DNA from: Kondoa subrosea
Lineage: Eukaryota
Assembly: GCA_039545335.1 (NCBI GenBank)
Contig: BCIN01000002.1
Coordinates: 1,129,118 to 1,193,117 of the forward strand
Reading direction: 5' to 3'
DNA length: 64,000 nucleotides
The translations under genes were made by a program, and so were the position numbers. The notes beneath the pieces are model-generated. The model was not told the origin of the DNA. It saw only the letters and a list, made by a program, of their open reading frames with translations, and ran no database searches. Positions 1-13,956 of the stretch are shown here, piece after piece; the first letter of the stretch is position 1, and every line of letters begins with the position of its first letter.

Positions 1-1272
1 AGTATACAGGGATCTAAAGCGAGTCCAGCTGCATGAGCAAGATCTCAGGTGAAGCGCCAAGTAGACTTGCCTGCCACTCGTGCCTCTTCCCTGCCTCTTC
101 TTGGCTACTTGTGTTTGTCAAGTCCGGCGACTGTTCGATCGACTCGTTTGCTGCTTCTGGCTCATTATTCGCGTTTGAAGATTCTTGCACTGCTTGCGAT
201 TCTTCTCGACCCTCATCAGGCGTGTCAGTCTTCTTTGATAATAGTGAGAGACTGGGCAATGCTTCGCTTTCCTGTTCCTTCGGTGAGCTCTCCACCGTCG
301 ACAGCAAATCTTCAAAGCTGGGTAACGAATCTCGCCGCTTGGGTTGTATTGACGTGTCTCGCTTGGGTTTCGAGTTCATTATTTGACCATCTTTACTTGA
401 AGCAATATCGACAATAAGTTGAATATCGCGTCCCCAGTCCCGACTATCGTGAAAGACGAAGACGGCGCCAAATTTGATTGCGTCGAAATCCGCTTCCTAT
501 GAACAGAAATTATGAGCGGGTCCAAGAGTCATGACAGGAATCATGTGACCGACGATACCTTCAAGTGATTCTGGATCAGGTGAGCTCAGAGGGAAGAAAT
601 CATTTCGCCAGCGCATGATATCCTGAGGTAGGTAGACATTCTTGAGACCATATGAATGGGCAATCTCTCGGCCAGCCTCGCCTTTGCCTCCTATCACAAG
701 GACTGGCTGGTCGCTGTAATTCTTGCTACGTATTGTATGCCTGAAAGGTGTATGGGACTGTAGTATCCTCTCTACCGGAATGTCCATCTCAAGTTCCTCA
801 GAGAGCAGCTTAGCTCTTTCTGCTTCGCTGAGCCCAAAACGTTCAGTTCTGCTTGACTGTATGCAATGTATAGAAGAAGACTGACGTGACACCTCCTCCG
901 TTAGTGCATAGGATCCAAGGCAATCTTCGTTCATTGAGTAGAGCTAAAGCTTTCTTGCCTTGCGGTAATCTGAATGAATCCCTCATGAGTCATGTCGCCT
1001 AAAGGTTCAGCTTATATATGGGCATACACCTTCTTCCCTTGTAAAAGGACTCCATCGATATCGAAGCAGAAAGCAGGTAGCCAACGTTTCTTGTTCTTCT
1101 CCTCGGGGTAGAAGGTCGTTGGGATTGACTCGGCTTTTGCAAGCACTTCATCAAGCCTTTGAAGATCTTTCTCAGTTATTTCTTGAGGCGGAGGTGGTTT
1201 CCATGTGCTGTTGTAGCGTCTGCTATGGGCTATACATGTGCGAAAGAGCAGGCGACGAGCGATGACCGTCAT
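1..1272 (-). CDS. HAD-superfamily subfamily IIA hydrolase (CECR5/HDHD5-like), probably mitochondrial; multi-exon, 3' end runs off the window
   Basis: HAD motif I FCFDIDGVLL follows an Arg-rich presequence. Later exons give ILQSHTPF, VLVIGG and FVFHDSRDWGRDIQ, which reads in frame into ORF 14..379, then IPVY after a GC-AG intron at 14-70. Confidence 0.88.
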
Positions 1273-1732
1273 GAAGGAACTTGCAACTTAATTGTTTTCT
1301 TTCGTTGTCGGGCAATGGACAGTATTTCTGAAGCGCGCTCTTGTACTGTGCTGTTACAGCTGACTCCTTTCATTCATCTGTATTATCCCTGGAGCGACTG
1401 TTATATCTCGTTTGTGTTCATCTCTATCTCATGTTGCGCCTGTCCGACTTCCTCAAGCTTTGCTGTGAGCTCAAGCGCTGTTTCACTAGCTTTGGTCGTT
1501 GTTCGCATGGTTGCAGGACAGGGCTCTAACGTCTGCCAAGGTAAAGCTTCAAAGGCTTCAAAAGCTTGGCTGTGTATAGCATCTCAGAATTGGCCTTCGT
1601 TTCTTGACCTCGTTTTTCTTGTCTTCACTACTAGTCACTCCTTGTCTTGCACCGCAACTCTCTTGTGTGCTGTCCACTCTTTCCACGAACTTTTCATAAA
1701 TACCCCTAAACGATAAATACTCAACTCACACA

Positions 1733-3666
1733 ATGCTATCCGCAACTTTGATTCTATTGGCTGCAAACCTCGTTTCTGCTCAAACTTATGATCGTCTAGC
1801 CGATAAAGTGGTCCCTTATGAGTATGTTGCTTTATTGCGATCCTACAATGTCCTTTGACTGACCGAACAAACAAAGACAACGCCCATTCAAGATGGATAC
1901 CGTCGCTACTGGACGCGGTGAGATTTTGATCCACTGTCTGCCGAATAAGACTGAAATGTGATATCAGGTCCTCAATATGGATGTAAGCACAATCTGTAGT
2001 TTGGCTCAACCCGGTATTGATAGGGACTTGCAGATAACAACTGCTCAGCCAGTACAGCTGGTCCGGATTCGCTCTGTCAGACTGCTTTCGTGAACAGTGA
2101 GTAGTTTTGTTCTACTGTACAGACCGGTCTGACAATGTCTCCCAGGCCTGGAAGACTTCTGTGTACGTATCTGAAACAAAAGCTTGGACCTTGCGCTCAA
2201 TTCTAGAGCAGCTATGGGGACTACCTCTGCCAGGTGAAACTGTTGGCGACTCTGAAGCTGAAGGTGAGGCACGAGAAGAGGATACGCCAAAGTTACATAC
2301 TGAGAAGTTTTGTTCAGCTGTCGCCTACTGCACCACTGCCGAACATGGCACACGTGTAATGCCTCCTGGTACTATCCGTGGGTCATGCGTCGTCTGCAAT
2401 TGTTTGCAGTAATCCGCTTACTCGAGATCGACACGCTAGGTGGTGCTCAATTCATCAAGACCGACAAATATATCCAAGTCACCGGTGAGTGGATAAAGGC
2501 ATGCATTTCTCTTAAAAGCTAAAACTGTCCTACAGGTTACCTTGATCAAACAGGTCTCAATATTGCCGCTGGCGAGTATGTCAAAGCAACTCTTCAGTAG
2601 CAATACCGTTTACTCATGTCTATACTTCATGATTGCTATAGTTATGGAGGAGAAATGGATCCAATTGGCGCTGATGCTCGCGGCAACCCTCTTGGTGGTA
2701 TGTAATCATCTCGTCTTGATATTTTGCGCCTCATTTTCTTCTAGGTCTAATGTACTCAACTGCTTTCAGCAACAACAATGAAATTCAACAGACTAGATAC
2801 TGGACCAATTGTTCGTCAGGAGCTGTTTCAATAGCGTCCGTTGCTTACTTGTGGCAGTCATGGGTGCCGACACATTCTGCATCAAGGTGTGCATTCCAGA
2901 TGGTGAAGATGCGGCCCGAGAGTGCGAGCACATTTACGATAGGTCGGTCGCGTTTCGCGCTTCCCAAGGAGCTTCTCATTTTTGCCATAGAATTGGATGC
3001 GCGTACAACGTCTACGCTGATTATGCCTCAATCAATGGAACTTTCGAATCATGCCAAGGTGAGTAATATTTGGCTGATGGTCGGGCAGAGCTAAATTATG
3101 CATTCTCAGGTGACGTCGGTCTCTATGCCGGTGTCTATCGCGGCGAAAATGGTCGTCTTTCAACCTAGTAAGACCCTTCTTCAATCTTCGAATGTCCTTT
3201 AATGATATAACCATAGCACTCAACCAGCGGAGAGCCTAGGAGCCATCAGCACGTGAGTCTCGCTCTATGCTTATGATTGCACGTATTCAGGGTACAATAC
3301 AGTATTGCCTATACACCTTCCATTCCTCCTTCTTCTTCATGCACGTCTTTGGCTACTCAGCCTGACGCTTTCATGATCGCTGGTCGTCCGGTTTCTACGT
3401 CGGCAGCAGTATCCTCGGCTAGTCAAAGCGCCGCATCCAGCGGGGTGTCGGCGGTCTCTGGATCAGCTCTGCCAAGCGGAAGAGATGCAATGGCGAGTTC
3501 TCGACCAATCAATGCAGCAGCGCCTACTACCGTGGTAAGTCTCTCGTTGTATTCGGATTGATCGAAGCTCATTCGGTGAAATCAGCCATCATCTGGAGCT
3601 CTGCCTGTGGCACTGAGCTCTTTCCTGGTCGCCTCGGGTCTCTTTTTCTTGGCCATTCAAGCGTGA
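1733..3666 (+). CDS. Secreted GPI-anchored mannoprotein, MP88/'macrophage activating glycoprotein' family; many short exons
   Basis: Signal peptide MLSATLILLAANLVSAQ. Spliced motifs GPQYGYNNC..CQTAFVN..DFCLWG, VAYCT..HGTRVMPPGTI, GAQFIKTDKYIQVTG, GGEMDP.GAD.RGNPLGG, WTNFMG..FC..C..CEHIYD.IGC.YN. Ser/Ala-rich tail and hydrophobic C-terminus ..LSSFLVASGLFFLAIQA*. Confidence 0.85.
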
Positions 3667-3779
3667 ACAGAAGGGAGTAGAACATGGACAGTCTACTCAC
3701 TGCATCAGGGATGCGTGTAGCAGCTATATCGCAATTCGTCGTCATATCATTACTAAAGCATTATTCTTCTTCGTCTACT

Positions 3780-4397
3780 TCAACCTATACTGATAGCCAG
3801 AAAGACTATCTTTTGTCCTTTTGATGTGGTCGTGCTTGCGGTTCTGAGCGTTTTGCTGCTACCTATCTCCCAACTTTGTTCTGCCCATTCTTTGATTCCT
3901 AATTTTCGTAAATGCCTCAGTACGTCTTTCTTTGCCTGGCTGTCGTCGAGCATGTCGATCGCTCCCAAGCTCGTGCTTTTCGTCTGTAGGCTGGATCAGC
4001 CATCAGCAGTTGAGCGAGTTTGAAAGTTCTTACTGATTCGGCTGAAGATAATCCAAGCAATCCCTCCGGAGTCTCATCCTTGCCTAGTAGCAATAAGGTA
4101 TCTGCTCCTTCATCACCCTCTGAATCCGGTGCCAGAAGATAAGCTATAGAATTCGCGCTCGCCAATTCGCGGACTGCTGAAAGTAGTTCTTCCAGCTCAG
4201 AATCAGGCGATACAGCAGAAGAAGAACAAAGGATATTTGATTGCAGATAGAGGGAAGAAGGCAGCGACGCCGCGCGACTAGTAGATATAGAATGAGCGAG
4301 CGATCAGATAACAGATAAGGCGAACGGAAACGAGCCAAGTATCGAGCGTCAGCTGTAGAGCTGGGTCTTGCGTAGACAGAGAAGCAATAGAAGACAT
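3780..4397 (-). CDS. Small hypothetical protein (about 3 exons)
   Basis: ATG at 4397 (MSSIASLSTQDPAL..). Coding-like frames 3917..4165 and 3780..3968 are separated by GT..AG intron-sized gaps. No family recognised. Confidence 0.45.
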
Positions 4398-4498
4398 TGC
4401 TCAGAGCTTCAGACGACCGTTCCAGGTCAAACTCAGCTCGAACCCTTTTGTTTCGCTGTTCTGAGCAGCGACGAGGAGCTCCTGATGCTGACCGGAGC

Positions 4499-7400
4499 AT
4501 GACTGATACCATCTGGCAACCGTTGATACCTGAGCTGCATGGCTTCTGCATCTTGCCCTTTGAGCCGCTGGCAGGAGCGCACTCTCAGCAACAAATCGCT
4601 CTGGAGTTGTCCGACGAATTCGTTGCCTTCGAGCATTGGGAGGATGGGTCCATGGACAGCTGGTTCAGAGGCTACGTCATCAAACAAGACAATGCGGCTT
4701 GGTCTTCTGAGCGAGAACACCTGAGCATAGGCATATTCCCAAGGTCGCATTGCAAGCTACGAGGGCCGCCGCAAGATTCTATGCCAGTACAGCAAGCTCA
4801 TATCACGCCTCCTTTCAGTCCTGCGAGATCTGTGGTCTCTCCTTCGCCTTATGACGGAGCTAAACGAACAATGGAACCGCTCGAGGAAGAAGACGAAGAA
4901 GATTCAAGCTACCAGCGACCTCCAGCTTCACCTGTTCAGTCTCTTGCTATGTCTTTGCAAAGTCCTGGCACGTCCATGCGAGCAGCAAGATCTCGAGACC
5001 GCTCTTCGATCATCTCCTTACAAGGTACAGCTGCCTATTCGCTTACAAGTCCAGACGGACGGCGACTCTCTTCAATATCTCTTACTCCAAGTCAAAGTCC
5101 TTCGAATCTTGTTCGATCTACCTCAACTCGACCTGTTCCACCTCTCCCTTCTTTACGAAGCACAGACGAAACTGCTTCCGGTCAAGCTGAACCACTCATT
5201 GATGAGATCTCTTCGGCTCTGAGAGAATGGCAAGCTATGATCTACATCCATCTGAAGAATTGTCAGTATCAGCTCATAGAACAAGTAAATGAATACATAC
5301 AAGTTTTACATGCTGGAAGAAGACAATTGCTTTCCGGATCACTATCGCTCGAAGAGACGATTGCGTTAAGAAAGAATCTGGTGGATGTCTTGCTCAAGGG
5401 TAATTTGGTTCAAGGGTTGGATGTGATTGTCAGACATCCAGAGTCAGGTGATTTGGTCAATGTCAATGATCTAGGACCCAACAGCATGTCTCCGATCCAG
5501 ATGTACAGCCAACAGGTCAAATCCGCTTATGCCTTGCAAGGCTCATTCGAACCAGGTTCACACTCTCACTCGGTCGATCTTTTCCCTCATAATGCACAAG
5601 ATTGCAAATCATCATTTCTCAGCTCTACATCTGCTCCAGTCAAACCAGCGTTCGAGCACATCTATTTTGATCTTCGCGCCTTTGTTGCCAACCCTTGCGA
5701 TCCAGGCGAATTGTCAGAACTGTATTTCTCCCTCTTCAGTCAAACAGAATCCAAGTTCCTCACTGAAGAATTCTGCGTCATTCTGAATCACAACGGCGTC
5801 CCTACAGCGGAAGGTAGATTAGGACGAATGCGAACCCTCTTCAAAGATCTCAGCTCCTCAGATCTACAAGATCAACTCTTTCTCGTCTGTCGAATAGTCA
5901 AGAATGGGAATCTCAAATCTACTGGCCAACAACTTACACCTCTGCACGAGAATGGGTCGAATGGTCCTGAAACATCACCTTCGTTGAGTGATAGGGAATT
6001 TGATACTACGTCTATGCGATCAGGAACCACTGGAGGTGTCCAGAGCTCGATGCATGAAGATTCAACCAGTTCAATGCTTTATACTTCTCGCTCAGGCAAA
6101 CAAACCGTTCGTCGACCTTTCGGTTGCGCGGTTCTCGATCTATCCGATATTCTGAAATCAAAAACTGATACCATGCACTCTTTAAGTCTGTCAAACGGTT
6201 TCGCAAAAGAAGAACACACCATGCCAATCTTTGTTCCGGTCAACGAAAACTCTTTTTCTACTCTTCATGAAGACATCATCGCATCTAGAACCAGAGAATT
6301 TGGTATCAGTACAAGAGCTAAACTAATCACTATACATGCTAGAACGTTACACGGTAGCTTAGACCAAGTTATTGAACAAAATCAAGGCCTATCGCTCAAA
6401 GAAACGCCGGTAACGCAGAGATTATGTTTTGCGGATGTAGTAGATCCTGACGAGATTAGGAATGATCTATACAGTGAGTATGCATCTATCTAACAGTGGT
6501 CACAAGCTAAATAGATTGTTTTAGTCAAGTTATGGTCGGGCGATTTCCCTTCACAAGGTCTTAACGCCAGTAACACCGGCAGTCTGCGGTTAGGTAAGGG
6601 CTTACAGCAACTCAACAGCGCTTCAGGAGGATCATCAAAGAATATCGAAATCACTGCAGAAGTTCGAAACAGAGATGGTACATTGATGGAACATTGCATT
6701 TCTAGAGGCAGCGGGGAAGCCGGCGTGCATCGGTATACATCCACGGTCTATAAGGGTAATCAGAAGCCTAGTAAGCTCATCTTCGAGGTAGCTATAGCAA
6801 CGCTGAAATGGCTATGGCAGCATATGGCGAACTATTCAAGATTCAGATACCGCTGCAAGCCCAATGTCACATCTTCTTCACTTTCCGCAATCGTCAATCA
6901 AAAGATCGGTCTGGATTCGCAAACGAACGGCAGCCATTTGCTTTCGCCTACTTGCCTCTGTTTGTCGAAACTACTGCCTTTCTTTCAGATGGTTCACATG
7001 TATGTCGGGTTTTGTCGATCTACAGCATGTTCCCTCATCGATGTCTACTAGACTCTCGCTTTATACCAATACAACAAGAGTGCTGAATCGCCTGCAGTCT
7101 ACTTTTCCGCGCCGCATTTTGCCAATGCCAGTGCTGGACCGCTCAGACTGCCTTCGAATATAATGCCCGTTCGCGATAGTCTGGTTATCAGAACATTCCT
7201 GTGCTCCAGTATGTCGCTTAGCTTTCGTCGCACTCGCACATGCTCAGAAACTGTCTCACAGCTCAGTTCACGCAAAACGAGACTCTCCTACAACTGTTCT
7301 CTTGGCAGCAGAGGATTGCGCAAGCTTCAAATTTGATAGCCACCCTTACAAGTCTTCGCTACAGCAACGAGGCGGAAATAGTCAAACATCTTAGACCAGT

Positions 7401-10400
7401 TTTGGATTCGCTCTTTGCTATCTTAGCGGCATCACAAAACGATGGCTCGGAATTCAGCATGCCTATCTTCATTAACCTCATCGCTATTCTAGGCATTGTT
7501 GCTGATCGGCGTTTCGCGAATTTCAAGCCTGTTTTGGACACCTATTTACGCGATCATCTGACAACTTCGATAGCTCATACACATATTCTCAGATGTATGC
7601 AATCACTTATAGCTGATCAAAGCAGCAATGGCGAAGCAGCTCAAAATCTCCGTTCAGCTATTAAAGTTCTATCACCGCTCTTCCGCATCATACTGCGATC
7701 GAGGGAAGTACAGCGTACTCATAGCTTAGGATCAGGCTTGACCTCTGATCACCTCGAGAGCGCCTTCAAAAAAGACGTCGACTCGCTGCTCGCGCAATTC
7801 AATCAGTTGATGCTCACGACAACACCTTCTTCTATACTTGGAACGCAAACACTTGTCCTACAACACTTTGCTGGCATCATCCCTGTGAGTTCGGTGGTAA
7901 TTTGACCAATATCATACTCATTGCTATTACAGATGCTGATTAGCGTTTTCGGTGTGCAAGAATGTGCGAAGCGGGTCTCTTCTTTCTGCGACTGTATCTC
8001 TGGCTATACTGGCAAATCAGCTAACTGGAAGCTCATCCTGCTTTCAAGCGTTATCAAGAGCCCTCTTTTGGACAGTCCTGCTAATCGAGCGACACTCATA
8101 CCTAATCTGATCGCATGGCTCAAACCTCACTTTGTCAAATTTGATTCTAATGCCTTTGCAGCTTCCGATGAAGCTCAGAACTCAGCACGCGTTAGCTGGC
8201 TTGAGACGATTCGGCTCGCCAACACCGTTATGGCTGCGACTGTGGATCGATTGCATCGCAGTCTCCTGGATCCTAATCTCCAAACAGACAGAGAGCTTCT
8301 CGGCCAAGAACAAGACAATGCTGAGTATAGTCTATCGCTGCTACCTCGAATTGTCGACATATACCTCGAGCTGGAGTCCGACACGTTTACAGCGGCTGTA
8401 CTGGCATCCAAAACATCTGTGTCGATAGTTGCCTCTAACCCGGCAGTCTTCCCGGCATCACAACCTTTTCCCCTTCTCGCAAATCTGCCATCATCTGGTT
8501 CTCCCCTCCAGCACTCGTCCCAGATCAGCATCTTCAGAGCAGACCAGGGCGAAGTCGGATCAGTCATCGTCTCACTACTCTCTATTGTACCAACCAAAGT
8601 CTTTCGCAACTTCGTCGATGCCGCTATGCAAGTTGAAGGAAAAGATCGCTTCGCTCGTTTCTTGACCCAACTCTTCCGGGCCTTGTACTCTTTAGTGCAG
8701 GGAAAGTCACTACTCTCCAGTTGGCTCAACAGTATATCTCTTACGCATAACGTTATAACCAAACTCGTTGATTCTGTCTCCTTGCTGTTGGAAGAGGACT
8801 TTCTACCAAAGCAGGACAATTCTCATACCTTCAACTTCTTACTCTGGAAGGCTTACCTGACAATGTACATGCAAGCTCTGTCCAGTGGTCATCTTGATGT
8901 AGAAGACTTTCTGCCCGAAAAGCGTCGAGCTATCTGGAATAGTGAGCAGGCTGAGATACCTCGAACTGTTTGCTAAACTTGCATATAGCCACAGGAGACC
9001 TCAGAAGCTCGTGCGCTGCGAAGCTATTGCAGATATGGAACACTCTTGGCTGGCAACTACAGCCAATGCGACAGTCGCCTTCAGAAATCTTTGGCGGCTA
9101 TCAGGTACAGCTCTTGCCTACATTGTTGGATCCTACACTGGAATTGTGCTTGTCGCGGAACCATCATCTGCGCGCTACCGGGGTTAAAATGCTATTCTCG
9201 ATGATCATAGGCGAATATGGCATATCTTCGGACTTCTCAAGGATTCGCAATGCAGGTAAGTGATCACGTATGATTTTCTATGGTTTTCAAGATCTGTCGT
9301 AGTCATTGATAAACTGGACAAGATGTTCTCGCAAAAGAAGTCCGACAGCATGTACGTCTGTCGCAATGATTCTTCATTTTAGCTGATGAGATGAATAGAT
9401 CTAGAGCGCTGTTCATACTGCAGCTCAGCGACCTCTTCGATTCTGCAAAGATCACCCATATTCTGCAGGATCAGGTGGATGCATTCATTACCTCGACCAA
9501 TACCTTCCTGGATCTGCTGTTTGGCGTTTCAGTTCTCCCAGAGGGAGAAGAATTCCAGGATGATCGCATAATATCCACATTGCGGCTGATGTCTTTCATC
9601 CGGGATATTTCATCCCCTCAAGTCTTCACTAAATATGTAGATCGCCTTAAAGACTACCATATCCGCGCCAACAACTACACAGAAGCTGCCCTCGTTCTCA
9701 AGCTGCACGCCGATCTGTATAGCTTTGATCCTCTGCGCACTCTGGAAGCAATGCCAGAATCCTCTCTGCCCAGACAGAGTGAATTTGCCCGTAAGGAAGC
9801 TCTATATCTACAGACCCTCGAACTACTTGGGAAGGGCAACGCCTATGAAAGCGCTTTGGTTTTGTGTAAAGAACTGCAAGAGCAATACGAGACCCAGATC
9901 TTTGCGTATCAGCGGTTGAGTGAGATCTTAGCGCACCAGGTCAGTTCTTCATTTGCACACATGTTTGTATACTGACTCCTGGGCTACAGAGCGAGCTCTA
10001 CAAAAAGATTTTGAACGAAAGCAGGCACTTTCCACAATGTTTCCACGTTGGTTTTTACGGCAAAGGGTTTCCTCCAGTACTTCAGGGCAAGCAATACGTG
10101 TACAAAGCCAACGCTCACGAAAAGTTGGGAGGGTAAGTACACCCCTTGTTCTATTCTTTATGCCAGTTGAAGTTGATCAACAGCTTTACGGAACGCATGC
10201 TAAACAAGCACCCGAACGCATCTCTCATCAGTCGAAGCGATCTAGCCTCTGCCGAAATAGCAGATTCAGACGGTCAACATTTGCAAATTTTCCCAGTCGT
10301 TCCATTACCCGATCGCTCGTTCCCCATCTTCAGAAACGCCGATGTACCCCAAGGTAGGAGTGATTTGCTGCTTCACATCGCGTCCGCTTACATCGCTGTA

Positions 10401-11524
10401 GCTGTTCGCGCTTATTATGAAATGAATGGTACCAACCGCTTTACCTTTATGCGACATTTCACGAAGGTCGAGGAAGACAATATCTACAGCTCTATCTTCC
10501 CTAGCGAGTTCTTATCCACCTGGACAGAAAAGACGATCCTAGTTTGTAGTGACGCTTTTCCTACGGTCTTGAAGCGCACAGAAGTCATCGGACGTGAAGT
10601 CGAAGAATATGCGCCTCTCGAAGTCTCATTAGAAGCCGTAGAGAAACGTACAATCGAATTACTTGCTCTTGAAAGAAGGTACACTGCCATTAAAGAAGCA
10701 GGAAGTGGTTCAATCAACACAAATCCGCTTGCTATGGCGTTGAATGAGGCAGTCGATACTGGCGAAGCGGGCATTCCTCTCTTCCGCAACAGTAAATCAC
10801 GCTTTATTGTCTCCTCACGATAGCTGATTTCAGGCTTTTACCAGTCTTCATGAACCCTCTCTACAGAACAGCCTATCCGCACCATTCGGCACTTCTTGAT
10901 CGGCTTGAGCAATTGATAGACGATCAAGTACAGGTTATACACCGTTGTTTGTATCTGCATGGTCGGCTTTGTTCGCCAGACATGCAGCCGTTCCAGGCGA
11001 CTCTACAAAAATGTGAGCGTTCTTGAGACTTCCAGAATTTTGCACTGACATTTCAAATGTACAGTCTTTGCGAAGAACGTGAGTACACTCATCCAGAATT
11101 TGATCGAAAACGAAAATTTGACCCATTTAAACAGTTCTCACAAGAGCTCAAAACGCTGCAACCTCTTGGATCGCCAGTTGCCGAGTCTTTTGATATCGGC
11201 AGGTCTAGCATCGATACGTATATCAGTCCGACAAGCAATGGGGACAGTGCCAGTCAAATTTCTCGTAGACCTTCAGTCTCAACTATGACGAATGGCCACA
11301 TCAGTCCTCCTCCTCCTCCTGCAAATACCCGGTTCTCTACAAATCTTGTCACGGTAGAAGAGAAGCCTATGCGTCTACCTCTCAACCCGATATTGAACGC
11401 TTCGTCGACATCTATCCGTTCAAGTACACCTTCAACTATCGCTCCTGAAAAGCCCAAACGACCTCCCTCGCTTCTCAGCTCTCGTTTTGGTTCGCTGAAG
11501 TGGAAATCTAGGGAGGGTAAATAA
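4499..11524 (+). CDS. DOCK-family (DOCK180/Dck1-like) Rho/Rac guanine nucleotide exchange factor
   Basis: N-terminal SH3-like segment (WFRGYV..IGIFPRSH), EPLIDEISSALREW DOCK_N motif, C2/DHR-1 (RRPFGCAVLDL; RNDLY; FAFAYLPL) and DHR-2 (NYTEAALVLKLHADL, FARKEALY, WTEKTIL..FPTVLKR). Confidence 0.93.
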
Positions 11525-11690
11525 GCTTCATCGTTTTGTATTCTCTTTGGTCTTGTTAGTATGTGATGGGTTAAATTAGTTTAGAAAGGGGTATATCAGA
11601 AGGCTTTGTAGTTTTATATCAATCATTACACCTATTTATTGTCATTGTTTAATGCGATTCTTTACATTGGACAGAGATTGTTTCTCATCG

Positions 11691-12839
11691 TTATTGTTCC
11701 GTTGGCAGATGCGCCCATTTCGGCTTGCGTTTTTCCACGAAAGCTGTCATTCCCTCTTTCTGATCAGGCTATAAGGAACGGAATCAGTGATTGTAGTTGT
11801 TGCACGAGAAGCTGCATACTGTTGCGAAAAGGGAGTGGAAGATTCGCTTCTCCAGTTGAATACCTTGCGAGAGTGATAATTCGTCCGCTGACGCAAGCCA
11901 TCAGCCTCACGCAACGGTGTCATAGCCAACGAAGAGTGTACTGACCAGCTTTCACAGCTTCTTTAGCAGCTAAGACCGCCAATCTTCCTTTCGAAGCAAT
12001 AGCAGCAGCAGTCTTGACCGCTTCATGTACTACTTCATCTTCCCCATCACCTACAACCTTACTCACTACACCCCACTTTTCCGCTTCTTGTGCTGAGAAA
12101 GTTCGACCAGTAAGAATGAGTTCCATTGCTCGAGATTTACCAATGGCTCGAGTTAAGCGTTGAGTTCCACCTGCGCCTGGTATAACTCCCAGTGTAATTT
12201 CTGGTAGACCAAAAGTTGCTTTCGGTGAGGCGTAGACAATGTCGCACCTGCTCTTTGTTGGAAACAACGAAAGAAGGAAGGAGGGATGTTGACTTACATC
12301 AAGCTCAATTCACAACCTCCTCCGAGCTATGATCAGATATAGGAATAAGAAGATGTAAAGTAGGATAGGAGATGATGAAGCGAACAGCATAACCATTGAC
12401 AGCAGCTATAGTAGGTTTCCGGAATTCGTACAACTTGGACCAACGACTGAGCATATCGCCGCCATACACATCGCTAAATGTTTGATCCTTCATTTCCTTG
12501 ATGTCCGCGCCTATTGATAACACTTCAACATGTACTTTGATTGGGGCTCCACTTTGATAGAAACTGACCAGCAGCGAAAGCTTTGTTCCCATTTCCTGTG
12601 AAGACAACAGCCCCGATTGAAGTATCTGCTGCTAGATCACCCAAAGCAGCATTGACGTCGGCGAACAAAGCATTGCTGAGCGCGTTGAGAGCTTTAGGTC
12701 GGTTTAACCGAATCAGAGCAACACCAGGTTCAGGCGTAGAGACTTGAATGTTCTGATACTCTGTCATGACTTTATTGGAAGTAGAGAGACCTCGGACAGC
12801 GGTTCGCCGCAGACCAGCGATTCGACATGTCAACATCAT
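11691..12839 (-). CDS. Mitochondrial short-chain enoyl-CoA hydratase (crotonase, ECHS1-like)
   Basis: LNRPKALNAL, KAFAAGADIKEM, KPTIAAVNGYALGGGCEL, FGLPEITLGVIPGAGGTQRLTRAIGKSRAMELILTG, DQKEGMTAFVEKRKP; N-terminal presequence. Confidence 0.95.
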
Positions 12840-12908
12840 TCAATTGCTCCGTTCGTACGTTGGATTCGGACGACTCTCTCTCTCTCTTTCTCAATCCAAA
12901 GGGAACAA

Positions 12909-13956
12909 ATGGCACTGATTACGCTTTCTGGGTATCCAGCTTCAGGTAAAAGCAAGAGAGCGAATGAAATCAAGCAATTGTTGGAAGAAAAGCAATCTTT
13001 GAGTGTGGTCGTGCTGAGTGATGAAAATCTTGGATTGCCAGCCTCAGCTTATGACAATGCTGCTACTGAGAAACCTGCTCGGGCGACTCTCATGTCAGCT
13101 ATTATTCGAAATTTGTCAAAGGATAAGATTGTCATCAGCGATGCTATGAATTATATCAAAGGCTTCCGGTATCAAGTATATTGTGCAGCAAGGGAAGTGG
13201 GATGTCGGACGCTGACTGTAGGTACCGCTTTTGTCACCCTTTTTCTGATTGAATGCAAATCTTCTTCACTTTCTACAGATACACGTTGCCGCGCCAAGAG
13301 AAAAGTGTACAGAATGGAACAAGACCCGTTCAAAACAGTATGCAGATGGGACGTGAGTCTATTACCTTTTATTTGCTTCGTGTCCTTTTCTCATTCTGCA
13401 AGATCTTAGACTTGAAAATCTCATGTCTCGGTTTGAAGAACCTTCTTATGCTACTCGATGGGATTCTCCGCTGATAACAATACCGTGGGATCAAGAAACA
13501 CTGCCTGAGCAAGAAATATTAGACGCTATAGAAAAGGGAGAACTAAAACCTCCTACAGGAGCTGTCGTTCCCGTGCGTTTCTCTACCTTTCCCCTTGCTA
13601 TCTTCTCCGCATCTCAAGAAATTTAACAGGTATCGAGATCATCTGGAAATTACTTGCAGCGCCTAGAATCAATCACCAACGCTGTACTGGAAGCCCTTCT
13701 TTCAGTTCAAGCAATTCAACCAGGTGGTGGTCAAAAAACTTTTCCTGTAACTTTACCTTCTTCATCTAAACGTATCTCCTTATCTCTCGAGTTACCTTCT
13801 ACGAGAACTATAAACGCTTCACAATTCCAAAGGATGAGAAGACAGTATACAACTTTGAACAAACAAGCAATGGGCAAGAAATCTTCAGGCGATGAATTGG
13901 ATGATGAAAAGATTGCCCAACTGTTTGCTGAATATTTGGAAGGTCAACTTGCATGA
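12909..13956 (+). CDS. KTI12: Elongator-associated protein Kti12 (P-loop)
   Basis: MALITLSGYPASGKS P-loop; EKPARATL; DAMNYIKGFRYQVYCAARE; RFEEPS..RWDSPL; QFQRMRRQY. Confidence 0.93.

Noticed and set aside
1400..2353. Minus-strand ORFs (1635..2009, 2045..2353) suggesting a separate gene
   Set aside because: They overlap the exons and promoter of the MP88-like gene on the plus strand, which explains the sequence with conserved motifs.
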